Under the pieces are notes generated by a model. That model did not search any database. It was not told the origin of the DNA and saw only the letters and a list, made by a program, of their open reading frames with translations. A stretch of DNA of 62,855 nt, from assembly GCF_004010195.1 (NCBI RefSeq), contig NC_057728.1, positions 42,385,024 through 42,447,878 on the forward strand. The letters run 5' to 3'. Below, one piece after another: positions 25,101 to 36,739 of this stretch. A program made the translations under genes and the position numbers. How positions within the stretch are numbered: position 1 is the first letter of the stretch; the number at the start of each line of letters is the position of its first letter. The DNA comes from Chiloscyllium plagiosum (Eukaryota).

Positions 25101-28100
25101 CTGACCTCCTTGTAGAGTATCAAGGAGAAGGACGTAACAAAAGTGATCCGATCTGTCCTTCGTTAGGGCCTGGGGTCACGGTGAGTATTAGATTTTATTT
25201 TTGTTTAATCTGTATCTTATAAAACTTCTATTTCACTTTAAAGCGAGCTCTGTAAAGCAAACTAACAAAAAAAAACTTATTTCATAACATTTAATTCTAA
25301 GCTGTGGATGGCACGGTGGCACAGTGGTTAGCACTGCTGCCTCACAGCGCCAGAGACCCGGGTTCAATTCCCGCTTCAGGTGACTGACTGACTGTTTGAC
25401 TGACTGACCGACTGTTTGACTGACTGACTCCCCCTGTCTGCGTGGGTTTCCTCCGGGTGCTCCGGTTTCCTCCCACAATCCAAAAATGTGCAGGTTAGGC
25501 GAATTGGCCATGCTAAATTGCCCATAGTGTTAGGTGAAGGGGTAAGTGTAGGGGAATGGGTCCGGGTGGGTTGCGCTTCGGCGGGTCGGTGTGGACTTGT
25601 TGGGCCGAAGGGCCTGTTTCCACACTGTAAGTAATCTAATCTAATCTGTTGAGTATGGTCTTGGCTGCAAAACTCTGGAGAGTGGGTTTGCAAGTATATA
25701 ATGGTTTATACTGCTACTTGATGCACAATTCATTTAGATAGGCACTTGAGGGGCAGAAAAAAGGGTAAAGCTAAAGTGAATCTTCTCCAAAGCACTTGAG
25801 TTTGTATTACGTGCAGTAAATGTGGAAGCATCCAATTATGATCACTTTTTTAGATTTTGTGGTGTCTGTGCTGTTCATGCGGCCAAACAACTGTAGTTTC
25901 CTTTTTGTTTATCTAAAATGCATGCAGCTCGTGTTTCATTGATGCCAGTAACTGAAGTATACATCTTGACTCAAAACGTTAGTTTGCTCTCTCTCCGTGG
26001 ATACTGCCTGACCTGCTGTGATCTCCAGCATTTGTTGTTTTCAGCTGAAGTATATTTCCTGTTCAGTTGTGTTCTATAATGACCCAGACTTTATTGGTGG
26101 ACTGTTTTCTCAATAACAATAGATACACTTTCATTTCTTCAGCCAATTTTGCTTGAGGAAATTGTCATGGTTTAGTTCTTCAAGAGTTGTAAGAGTTTTT
26201 AATCTGAATGTTGCTAACAGATATTTATCCAGTGACCTGAACATGTTTATTTGTATCCATTAAAAAAAGGTGAAATTGTTCCATTTGAAGCCAGCTTCTC
26301 TATGCTTATAACAAATTAAAAGGACACTTGAAGACAATACTTTAAGACCACCTGAAATGTTGTTTCGATTCAATTAGTGTTTTTCTTTGAGGCTTATCCT
26401 ACCCGGCTGATACTCTTTAACTAAAAAGTTTGAAAAAAATCTCTCCACAGACCTTTCATATTGCTCAGAGGCTTCAAGCTCTTAACAATTAAGCTGCACT
26501 GAAAATGCTCAAATTCAATCAGTCAATTTCCTCCTTCTCCCAACCTTAATGGATTTTTGTTAGAATAAAATTAAAAATACCAGGTTCACTTCTCTCTGAA
26601 TGTTAATCAGTTCTTCCTTGGATCAACACCTAACTCTGTACCATGTTTTGTTTAAAATATGCCCATTAAATTGGCAATGTTGTATGTAGATTAACATGGG
26701 TGAAAACATTTATCTCCTGGTAGCTTTAAGACGACCGTTTGTATCTTTATCTACTCACCTTCAACCCTTTGTTCAACAGAACTGTTTCCCTGACTGTGTT
26801 TGTGAAGATGCATATAACAACACATATGCATGTGTAAGAACAATTGCCAATTCAGCTAACTTGCAGTATTGTGAATTTGATGATAGTGAGGTAAGTGCAA
26901 TTAAATGTTTTTTGCCTTTCATTTTGCTTCCTTAACTGTTGTGTCATCTTTTTAATAAAACCCTAACTTATGCAGACTTTTTTTTTCCTCTCAGTATTTG
27001 CTGGATTTTAAATTGCTTTTGAGCAGTCCTATTGCTTATGAGTAATGATCCAAGCAGGTGTTAATACTGGATAAGTTGCATCCTGGAATCAAACCTGGCT
27101 TAATTCTCTAAATCATAAGTTACAAACTTTTGCAGTTAGTGGCTAGTCATTAAACATATTCACACAAAGAGGCTCTAATGTTCATTAACAATTCTTTTGA
27201 AGTTTGCATCACAAATAGACAGGGTGGTTAAAAAGGTATTTAGCACTCTTGTCTTATTGCTCAGTCCTTTTGAGTACAGGAGTTGGGAAATTGTTGAAGT
27301 TGACCAGGGCACTGGTGAGGCCTCTTGTAGAAAACTGTCCAGTTCTGGTTGCCCATTTACAGGAAGAATATTATTAAGCAGGGGAAGGTTCAAAAGAGAT
27401 TTACCAGGATGTTGCCAGATGTGGAAGGTTTGAGTTATAAAAAAGGCTGGGACATTTCTCACTGGATTGTAGGAGGTTGAGAGGTGACCTGATACAAGTT
27501 TATAAAATAATGAGAGAGATCGATGTTAATAGTTGTCTTTTCCGACTGTGGTAGACTTCAAGACCAGTGGGAGCATTTTTAAGGTGAGAGGAGAGACATT
27601 TAAAGACATGGGGCAAATATTTTAAAGGATGGTTCATGTGTGGAATGAACTTCCTGAGGGGGGGTGGTGAATGTTGGTACAATTGTTACGTTTTAAAAGA
27701 CATTTTGGATAAGTACATGAATAGCAACGGTTTGGGGGGATATACGCCAGAACTAGGCCGACAGGAGTAGTTTAGTTTGGGATTATGTTCAGCATGGATT
27801 GGTTGGACTGGAAGTCTTTTTCCATGCTGTATGACTCTATAAAACCCAACTTGGTTCACAAGTGGAGCATCAAAAACTCGATTGTCATTTTTGAGGGGGT
27901 GGAAGAAAAGAAGGTGGAGAAAGTCATGATTAGCAAAACACACAACTTTTCTTTTCACTGTCAGCAATATACTTTCTCAAATACTCAATCTCAGAGAAAT
28001 ATCATTACTTTCTTAATTTTTTACTGCTTAAGTCGCTCTTTCTAGTTTTCTTTTTAGATATGCCAAAATAATCTTGACTCTTCTCATCAGTTCTGACGGT

Positions 28101-31100
28101 TTTAAATATTACAGTTCTGTCAGCTTAAGCAACTTCTATACAAACTTGCTCTCAATTGGGAAATTTCATAAACTAATTTGCACTTTTGCTAAGGTAAGAC
28201 TGTGTGCTCTTCTGAATGGAGAACCCCTCCTTCTGCTAATGTAAAGCTAAAACCTGATTTCTTCTGATCTGAATGCACATCAACCCAACTCCATGCCTTA
28301 TGATAGTCAGAAATGCAAATAATCATAAGCACACCAGTGAAAACAATTCTTCAATTACTATCAGGCTTGACACTTATTAAATCACCTAGAAATGATGAAT
28401 TTGTTTTGTTTTCAAATTGCTTTGACTTCTTTTACAAACAAACTTGACCTTCACGGAGCTGAAACCAAAATTCATCTGCCTCCTTTTTTGAAAGTTTTTA
28501 AAGTAATTACGCTTCTTTTCTCACAAACTATTACTGCAAGAGAAACTGGATTAATGCAAGAAATGTACATGATTGTCTTCATTATAAATGTCAAGTGTTT
28601 GTAGATAAACTCCTAAAAAGGATTACTTGAATGTGTTTGTCATTAATCTGTTCTTAAGTTACAATGCATTATTAGTGCCATATGCTTCCCTCCTTTTCTT
28701 TAGTTTGGAAATCTTAGCAGACAAAACACATTTTTCTGGATAACAAAAAGTGCTGTTGAAATTTTCAGTTATCTAAAGTAAGCATCTTTTGAATGCAATT
28801 GATTTGTGATGCTTAGTATTGAGTGTAGCGTAACTTTTTTATTATTTCAATGATGCAGTAATTCCTGTTCACTTTTGAAAGTGAAAGTCATGTATAAACC
28901 AACTTTAATTCTTTCTGTAATCTCAAATGCTTTTATTTCTTTAGGTATTTGTAGAAGTCTATAATCTAACTTCTGACCCACACCAAATCACAAATATAGC
29001 CAAGTCAATAGATCAAGAAGTTCTTGAGAAGATGAACCATCGTCTCATGATGTTACAATCATGTTCTGGTTCAACGTGTCAGACACCAGGAGTATATGAT
29101 CCAAGGTAAGGAAGATTCTTTTAGACATTCCCTAGTATGGGGTCAGCATTTTTGTGGCTTTGTTAAAGTTTCATTTATAGTTGGATTCCATTTTGAGGTG
29201 AAAGAGTTGAGCTGCATGTTTATAATAGGGATAAGAGGCTAATCACTATGCAATGCTGTCCTGTACAGTTTCAAATTACCTTTTAAAACATGATACTTGG
29301 GTTTATTTTGAGAACAGCTATATTGTGCATAATTTGATTAAACCTTCCCCCAATCAAAAATATTAAGTTTGACAATATTTGTAATGAAGTTGATACTATT
29401 TGATGCTATTTGAAACTATGTTGTCGCCACATAAATTGATGTTGCTTTTTGATTGACAATTATAGCCTTATGAGCCTTTCAAAAATATGGTCATTCAAGT
29501 GAAATCTATTCTTGTTTTATATATATTATATACAGTATATAATGAATTATGAACTATACAAATAATTAATTTAGAAATACTGATTTCAGTGTCTGTGGTA
29601 TACTATTTAAGGCAAATTTTAGGCTGTTCTGATTTTGTTTTTTTTTAAATGCTGTCTGTTCACAACTACAGTGTCTACCTATACTATAGCATTTTTTTTC
29701 TTCCATGACGTGAATTCTGTTAGCTAGGCCAACTGACAGCAACAGTTTTCCTCTATTCCTTGCTCTGTTCTGGTGCATTTTTAAGGTGTAGCCAGTAGTT
29801 AAATATTGCCTTTTGTGCAGGCTAATTACTGCTCCTGCTCTCCATTAAACTTCCATCAATCTGACACAAGTAGAAGCAGAGCAAATTTCTCTTTAATACA
29901 AGCATCACTGCTTTCAAGGAACACCTACAAGCTTTACAAATTTTTAATATTGATAGCAGAAGTATGCCATTTGACCCTTCAAGCTTGGTCTAACATCCAA
30001 ATTCTAGTTCCCTGCTATTGCTGAATTTTTAGCAAGGGAATTTATCTACCTACCCCATTTCTTAAAAATTAATTGATCCACCCTCTAACTCAGAATTCAA
30101 GTTACCCAACTCCCTCAGCAAAATTCTTTCCTCCGGCTTGAAAGGGCGATCCCTAAGTTTAAAAACAGTACCTCCTAGTTCAAAACTGACCCACCAAAAT
30201 AAAGGATCATTTACACATGCAAGTGTGTTGACACTATTTTCAGGATCTTGTATTCTTTTTAAGGCAGTTACACCTTGCTTTTCTAAACTCCAATGAAAAC
30301 AAATTCAGCCTGTCTAATTTTTTCCTCACAAGATAGCCCACTAATTCTGGGTATCCATATCATAAAAAGGTTAAGTCCACATCGTCTTACAAGACCATGG
30401 GGCTGCTCCCTTGTTAAAGGAAGTGAAACAACTGATGGTAGTTTAATCTGAGGTTACCACAGCTCAGACAAGGGGAGAGGTTGAGAAGAAGAGTCATACA
30501 GCAAGAAACAGACCCGTCATCCATGCTGATCAGGTATCCTAAACTGAATTAGTCCCATTTGCCTGCATTTGGACCATATCCCTCTAAACATAGTGGCTCA
30601 GTCATTAGCTCTGCTGTCTCACAGTGACAGGGACCTAGGTTCGATTTCACCCTTGGACAGTTATCTGTGTGGAGTCTTCCTTTGTCTGTGTGGGTTTCCT
30701 CTGGGTGCTCTGTTTTCCTCCCACGGTCCAAAGATGTGTACGTTAGGTGAATTGGCCATGCAAAATTGCTCATACTGTTCAGGGATGTGTAGGTTAGGTG
30801 CATTAGTCAGGGGAAATGTAAAGTAATGGGGTGGGCCTGGATGAGATGCTCTTCAGAGGGTCGGTGTGGACTTGTTGGGTCAGATGGCCTGTTTCCATAC
30901 TGGAGATTCTATGAATTCTAAACCTTTCCTATTTGTATGCCTGTCAGTGTCTTTTAAATGTTGTCACTATAACTGCCTCTACCACTTCCTCTCGCAGCTC
31001 ATTTCATACACCCAGTGCCCTGTCTGTGAAAACATTGCCACTTGGGTCCCTTTTTTTGAAATCTTCTGCTCTCACTTTAAAGCAATGCCCTTTAGTTTTG

Positions 31101-33777
31101 GAATCCTATCCTTGGAAAAATGACCTTGACTATTCATCTTATCTATGCTGTTCATGTTTTTACAAATCTCTAAGGTCACCCCTCAGCCTCCACTCTGGGA
31201 GAAAATTCCCAGCCTATCCAACCTCTCCTTTAAACTCAACCCTCCAGTCCAGAGAGACTGCCCTTCATAGTAACCTCAGTTGGTATGTGAATGAACCCAT
31301 TCAGTTTCCAAAGTTGTCACTCTGAATTACAAACTAGACATCCATCCAACTGAGCTAACTGACCCTCATCAAAATGGTAAAGTTGCTGTGAACAATCAAC
31401 ATTTTTACAACCTTTTGAATAGGGAGACCAATCGGTGCAGCACAGTATTTGAGATGATTTTAGCAAAATGCTTTTGTTCCTTTCTTCAAAGTCATTTGAT
31501 ATAAATTTTAAAAAGACGAAGGCTTCAATTGTCACACCTTGCTAATATAAAAGGGACCCACTTAAGCACAACCTCTTATCCATTCAAAAAGAGGAGAATG
31601 CTCTGTATAAATTCTGGTCTGGCAGCATTTGTGGAAATGGAAACAGTTAATGTTTCAAGTCTGATGTGACCTTTGTTCTGAAAAATAATTGTATCAGGAT
31701 TTGCAACTAATCTGCTTCTATCTGCACAGATGCTGCCCAATCCGAATTTCTCCAGCATTCTTTTTTTTTCTTAATTGCAGCATTTTCTGGGTATTTTGTG
31801 CCAGCATGTTACTTGTACTTCACTTTAGAAGAACTATGATGCTGGACTTTTTAACTGTACTTCCTTATTTTTCTAATTTTACATTGTAAGATTTTGTACC
31901 TCGGCATACCTAAGATGATGCCAGAGATGGTGACTTTGAACACTTTGTCAACTGTATTCATGTATTCCTTTATTTGAGTACATGTGACAATTAAATCTAA
32001 TTCTAATAACCTTTGTGTGGAATCTTGAACAAATGTCTTTTAGATTTCCATGAGTGCTGGATATCTGCAGGCTTTTTTTTTGTGCCAGGGCATTTTACTC
32101 CTTCAATGGATTCCAATAAATTGGTTAAACAGGACTTTTCCCTTTCACAAAACCATGCGGAACTGCTGATTTTTACCCATATTCTCCAAATGCCCAACTT
32201 TGAGTTTTTTATGCTGGATTCTGACTGACTGACTGTCCTCAAGAGCTTGCCTCTTGAGTCAAGCTAAATATAACCTCCAATAGTGTTTTTTCCCTTCAGT
32301 AATGCCACTGAACACCATTACCTCTGATATATACTTTTGCCACTTGTGATATATTCATTCAAAGCAGTCTTGCATTCCCTTTTCCCGTATTTAAATTTTT
32401 CACTGCATCAAAAGCATACTACAGACCATGTAAGGTTTAATGTCATTGAAAAGCTCAAAGATCTTCTTTCCATTAGATTTCAATTGGTCTTATTTCATTC
32501 TTCCAGTAAATGGGTAAAGTAAAATTTATTATATGTTCATTTTGAAATTCTTTGGTCAGACTTCTGCTTGCTCACTACATGCAGGCTACAACTTGCCAAG
32601 TAACCAGCTATATATTTTAACAACCGTTTGCTTTCAATTCCTTTTTACTCTTTGACTTTAATTCATTCCCTTTCCCAGTACTTCTCTGATACTGTTTTCA
32701 TTATTCCACTCCTGATTTGGAGATCTCTTAGGCTCCTCTGTTCCCCCTCCTTTCAATGATCATGAGTATATGGGATTGCTATTATTGGTCCATTTTGTTG
32801 CTGGAAGTAGTTGACTTTATTAACATTCAATTCCAACATCTTTTGAGGGTTTTCCTTTGCCAGTTGCCTGTCTAATCCATGAGCCAATATGGATGTGGAA
32901 CTGAATATCAGCACAGCTATCATGCAAATATTGAATCTTTACTCAGACCCCTTGGCATCATGGTAACCCACAAACCTACCAACACATTTAAACAGTGACT
33001 AATGAAACTAAAGGATCTATTAGATACTAACAGCAAATCTAACATCATTTACAAGATACCATGTAAAACTGTTTGACAAAAAAAAACACTGCATTGGACA
33101 AATAAGCAGGAAACTTTTTCCACCAGGATACACTAACACCAACTAGCCATCAAACGACATGATCCACACTCACTAGTTTAAGTGCAGACCAAGAAGAACA
33201 CCACTTTGACTGGGACAACACACACATCCTAGGACAGGCAAAACAAAGACATGCATGAGAATTCTTAGAGGCATAGCATTCTAACCAGAACTCCATCAAT
33301 AAACACATCGATTTAGATCCTATCGACCTTCCCTTTTTAAAAAAAAAAGAAAATGACATCACCCACCTTTTTAGAAACAAAGAACTACAAATCGAGAGGC
33401 AGGGCATACCACCAGTGCTTCACCAGAGACTCTCGCTGATGTTACCTAGTATGGTGACGAAACATCTGAAAACAATTCTTCCAGCTCAGCGAGCCAACTT
33501 ACGTACTTTATCAACAACCTGAGCTACAAGTTTTCTCAAAAATAGTTTTACTCTTTTTAGCTACTTCCTCTGGCTAAAATCCAAGGTGCATGATCTTGGT
33601 ATCTTTCTTGTCCAGAATATGTAAGTTGATAGTAATTGCATCATCTTTTCACGTATGCCGATTTTTAAAAAAAAGGTACATTTTTTTTTGTTTGCCTTTT
33701 TTAGGTACCGATTTGACCCTCAACTAATGTTCCATCATGGACCTGCTGCACCCAAGTTATTCCATAAAACCTTGTGA
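16019..33777 (+). CDS. GNS: N-acetylglucosamine-6-sulfatase, 14 coding exons (16019-16153, 16526-16585, 16975-17181, 19047-19112, 19715-19813, 21029-21196, 22266-22348, 22434-22552, 23743-23846, 24654-24755, 25070-25180, 26780-26890, 28945-29105, 33705-33777); 1599 nt, 532 aa + stop
   Basis: The exons join in frame across GT-AG introns. The protein has a hydrophobic signal peptide, [13 protein letters not shown], the sulfatase signature [48 protein letters not shown] and a C-terminal [10 protein letters not shown], all matching vertebrate GNS as I recall it. Confidence 0.97.
16526..16585 (+). CDS. GNS: GNS exon 2 ([20 protein letters not shown])
   Basis: Pyrimidine tract + CAG acceptor; GTGAG donor. 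Confidence 0.95.
16975..17181 (+). CDS. GNS: GNS exon 3 with formylglycine motif CCPSR (Cys codon 16993-16995)
   Basis: [23 protein letters not shown]...GKYLNE; TTCAG acceptor, GTAAAG donor. Confidence 0.97.
17420..17590 (-). mobile_element. Second tRNA-derived SINE family (related copies at 30395-30495 + 31255-31365 and 54925-55095)
   Basis: Reversed B-box GGAATTGAACC and a shared body (TTAATCTGAGG(G/T)T(C/A)ACCA...GAGAAG) in three places. Confidence 0.55.
19047..19112 (+). CDS. GNS: GNS exon 4 ([22 protein letters not shown])
   Basis: TTACAG acceptor, GTAAG donor, in frame. Confidence 0.95.
19715..19813 (+). CDS. GNS: GNS exon 5 ([15 protein letters not shown]...DYLTDLL)
   Basis: TTTAG acceptor, GTAAGT donor. 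Confidence 0.95.
21029..21196 (+). CDS. GNS: GNS exon 6 (SNISLEFLD...[15 protein letters not shown]...NFNIHGK)
   Basis: GCAG acceptor, GTAAT donor. Confidence 0.95.
22266..22348 (+). CDS. GNS: GNS exon 7 ([27 protein letters not shown])
   Basis: AAG acceptor, GTATTG donor; frame continuous with exons 6 and 8. Confidence 0.93.
22434..22552 (+). CDS. GNS: GNS exon 8 ([13 protein letters not shown]...TSDNGYHT)
   Basis: TTAG acceptor after an 85-nt intron; GTAAAT donor. Confidence 0.95.
22693..22876. mobile_element. Hammerhead-bearing fold-back element in GNS intron 8
   Basis: CTGATGA(22744)-A-AGGC-TCCT-GCCT-GAAA-CG-TC(22771), preceded by an inverted partial arm; degenerate 16-nt TSD at 22677-22692 / 22876-22891. 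Confidence 0.75.
23092..23410 (+). mobile_element. HE1-type V-SINE
   Basis: A/B boxes, V-domain GTGGAGTTTGC...GTGGGTTTCCTC, (AATCT)n tail. Confidence 0.9.
23743..23846 (+). CDS. GNS: GNS exon 9 ([30 protein letters not shown])
   Basis: TTCAG acceptor, GTATAC donor. Confidence 0.95.
24654..24755 (+). CDS. GNS: GNS exon 10 ([17 protein letters not shown]...[10 protein letters not shown])
   Basis: CTTCAG acceptor, GTAGG donor. Confidence 0.95.
25070..25180 (+). CDS. GNS: GNS exon 11 ([16 protein letters not shown]...CPSLGPGVT)
   Basis: TTTTCAG acceptor, GTGAGT donor. Confidence 0.95.
25309..25647 (+). mobile_element. HE1-type V-SINE with internal (GACT)n microsatellite at ~25381-25428
   Basis: GGCACGGTGGCACAGTGGTTAGCAC...GGTTCAATTCCC; (AATCT)n tail. 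Confidence 0.9.
26780..26890 (+). CDS. GNS: GNS exon 12 ([21 protein letters not shown]...YCEFDDSE)
   Basis: ACAG acceptor, GTAAGT donor. Confidence 0.95.
27195..27840 (+). mobile_element. CR1 LINE 3' fragment
   Basis: QIDRVVKK...EYRSWE motifs; CTGTATGACTCTAT tail. Confidence 0.8.
28945..29105 (+). CDS. GNS: GNS exon 13 ([20 protein letters not shown]...[17 protein letters not shown])
   Basis: TTTAG acceptor, GTAAG donor. Confidence 0.95.
30495..31255 (-). mobile_element. CR1 3' fragment interrupted by a + strand HE1 SINE (~30590-30915)
   Basis: The CR1 tail sequence resumes after the SINE; TCTAAAC is duplicated on both sides. Confidence 0.75.
31585..31795. mobile_element. Old, diverged fold-back repeat of the hammerhead family
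   Basis: GGCAGCATTTGTG...ACAGTTAATGTTTC on the left arm vs ...CACAGATGCTGCC...CTCCAGCATTCT on the right. Confidence 0.5.
32940..33545 (+). mobile_element. Penelope-like element 3' fragment (GIY-YIG + 3' end with damaged hammerhead)
   Basis: SNIIYKIPC...IGQ and HHFDWDNT motifs; CTGAT-GTTACC-TAGTAT-GGTGAC-GAAAC at ~33436-33463. Confidence 0.8.
33705..33777 (+). CDS. GNS: GNS exon 14 coding part ([23 protein letters not shown])
   Basis: Long T tract + TTAG acceptor; completes a phase-2 codon; TGA at 33775-33777. Confidence 0.92.
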
Positions 33778-36169
33778 GGCCTTTTTGCTGGCTGTTACCT
33801 GTAACTGAACCTTGTACTTTGTGTGGACTGATGTAAATCACTCAGTTGTATATTTGTTTTTGCTCTGACACCCCTGAACATGCTTTCATGATTTAAAAGC
33901 ATGTGGCATTTTGAAAAATGATTTGATAAATTTTAACACTTTTTATGTATTGTAGTTCTAAATTAGCATTATTTATTTTGTGAGGACCATTGTCTTAAGT
34001 TGCAGTGATCCTAAGCACGTGGTTGCTTATGGGGTACAACATTAAACAAACACATGCTTTCAGTTTTTGTTGCATGAATTATCTGCCAGCTAGCAATCAC
34101 AACTATATTTGGTATGAAATTACTTCTAGCCACATCCTTTGTTCTTCACTACAGTAGCAGGAACTAGTCATATATTATGTTAGAATTAATGTACAGAAAT
34201 AAAATTTCCACTAAGCTTATGCACAGCAAGAACAAAATGGGTTTTGTAACAGATTATCTCAGTAATATTTTTCCAGTGGCTATCCAGCTCAACATACTGG
34301 GAATTTCGCTCTGTTTTCAGGGTTTGCTGGCAGGTGATGGGGCTGCAACTATTGGCTTAAATTAACATAATTACTTCTGTTTTGTTCCCTTTTTTTGAGA
34401 TAAGGAATTAATTGAGGAAGATTTATTTTTGTCTGTCATCTCCTGGATCAGTCTAATGTAAACAGTGCTAAGAACTAAGGAAACTTGTCTCTTCAGAATG
34501 TCGCGTACTCTGAGCTTGGGGGTTTTAAATTGATGCTTTGTAATGTAGGACCCAAGATGAGTTTCTCTCAAGTTTCTCAATTCTTCTTCTCCACCTCCAC
34601 CCACCGAAAAAAAAACATCATCTGATTTGTTTCCAGTCCAAATCACCTAGCCTGGCCACTATATTCACTGTTTCTAAGACTTCAACAAATCTTTCCCCAC
34701 CCAGCTAACACCCCCACAGTATTTTCTTCTCTCTTTTTTTTTGAGAGATTACTGTGATTCAAGGCCATGGCCATCTGTTACCTTGATCTTTGTGTGTAAG
34801 GCATTGTTGCTATGAAACATTTCCCAGATTGGCATTAAGTAAAATGACTGTGTGCATCCTTGAATGTACAATTGGTTGCCATTAATGTCTCTACCAAAGG
34901 TGATTAAAGTTCTTTTCTTTTAGCAAGTAGTAGTGTCCATTTTACTGGATAATCACTATTGTTCTGAATCTTAAAATTCTCACTAAAGATTTCCTGTTTT
35001 TATTTAAATATTAAGTTACCTTTTCCAGTAATTCTGGGATTAGATATTGCACTGAAGATCCTAGCTGTCTGTTTCTTTGGGATGTTATGGAAGAGATGTA
35101 TGAAGTGCTAATGGTTTCTAAAAATATAGCCAATAGATATAATCCAACATGGGATATTGGCCATAACTAAATTTCAGTTGTTTTATCTATCAGATGTTGG
35201 CTTTCTCTTTTTATATTCAATTATACACTAAATCATACCACTTTATAACATTCCTGAAATGTTAACTCATACACGAAAATATCTTTTATTCAAGGATGAT
35301 AAAATGTCAGAAGGACAAACAAAACAATCACTCTCTTTAACTGGCATAGATGTATTTAGAGTGTATAGTTGACACTGTCTGTAAAGTAGCATTGATCTAC
35401 AGCCTTATAGATGTACATTAGTGAAAAGGTTTATCGAGTAACACCACCAGGTAAAAGGCAAACTTTTTAGTGTTTGTGTACCTTTGAAACCTACAACATT
35501 TAAGCACTTGGGAGCAAGCATTTTGTTTAGCCTTGAATATAAGAATTGGAAACACATCAATATTGCAGTGTGAATTGTAAATGCTTGTATTTTCAGTGTT
35601 AAACTGAACTAACCCATTTTAAAATAGTTTTATGTAGCTTGGATAACAATTTACATCAGCTTGATGTTACTCAAGGTTCAGACTCTTGACACTTATAATA
35701 CTGGATTTGACTGGAGATTTCTTGTTTTTTTTTCCCCCAAAGACTTAAGTGTCCTTGACTGTTTGAGATATGAAAATGACAGCTGAATTCAATCTTGCAT
35801 TTATGTAATAAATTACTTTTTCAATCTGAAGTTGGGATGCTCTCTCTTCTATGGAGAACATGGTCTTGAAATTGACTCTTTCAGTCACCAGATCACCACT
35901 GTGTATTTTGTTAGAATTGCACTGATTCACATCAGCTGCCTCTACATTATAAAAATGGGAATTTCAGTTAACTAAGAAATACCATCTTAAATTTGGGGTT
36001 ATTTTGGTAATTTTGTATTTGCTGTTGCTAATAGCTCTGCTTTGTTTCCCATTACTGAAAGGTGTGCAAAACAGTTATGGACTTGCAATACAGTAATGTT
36101 AAAATTGATTTTTATTGTATCCCTGATGTACTAACAGCTTTTGCATTCCAAACAATTGCTTATTTTGTA

Positions 36170-36335
36170 GGGAAACCCAAACATATAAATTGAAAGCAGG
36201 AAACACCAGCAGTGCTTTGTCCGGAGGCCCTACATGTTACCTTGTATGGTGATGAAACATCTGAAAATTAACCTTCCAGCTCAGCGAGAACCTACATCTA
36301 GAACCTCAACCTGAGCTACGAATCTTCTCAAAACT
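36170..36335 (+). mobile_element. Penelope 3'-end fragment
   Basis: Similar to 1790-1910 and 33420-33545 (GTTACC...GGTGATGAAACATCTG...CCTTCCAGCTCAGCGAG). Confidence 0.65.
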
Positions 36336-36739
36336 TGCTGATGTTAGCAAATTAAATCTGACCAGAAGGTGTATGCTGGCCAGGAGAAATGTTCTTTCTA
36401 CATGCTGATGAGTGATCCTTTTTCACCAAGTTTGAGAAGTAGCAGATGTTTCATTATTATTCAAAAGGTTGTCTCAGTGCTCTGAAGAAATTATACAGAA
36501 AGGCAATGATATTAATATTGTGATAAAGCATGCCCACTTAAGTTGGTTGCAATATCTTGCTAATTATTTGTCTGTTTAATAGATGAATCTTCACTAATCA
36601 TTTGTCAAACATACTGAATATTTTAAGTTGATTTGAGTATTACTAGTGAAGTTGTGGAGAAATCATAGTTGAAATTCTGTTGCAGTTTCAACAATTTGGA
36701 AAATATCAATTTCAACTTTTTCATGGGGAAATGGCTAAA

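Noticed and set aside
34198..35812. Candidate GNS poly(A) signals (AATAAA at 34198 and 35807)
   Set aside because: AT-rich region with several candidates; cannot choose one without transcript data.
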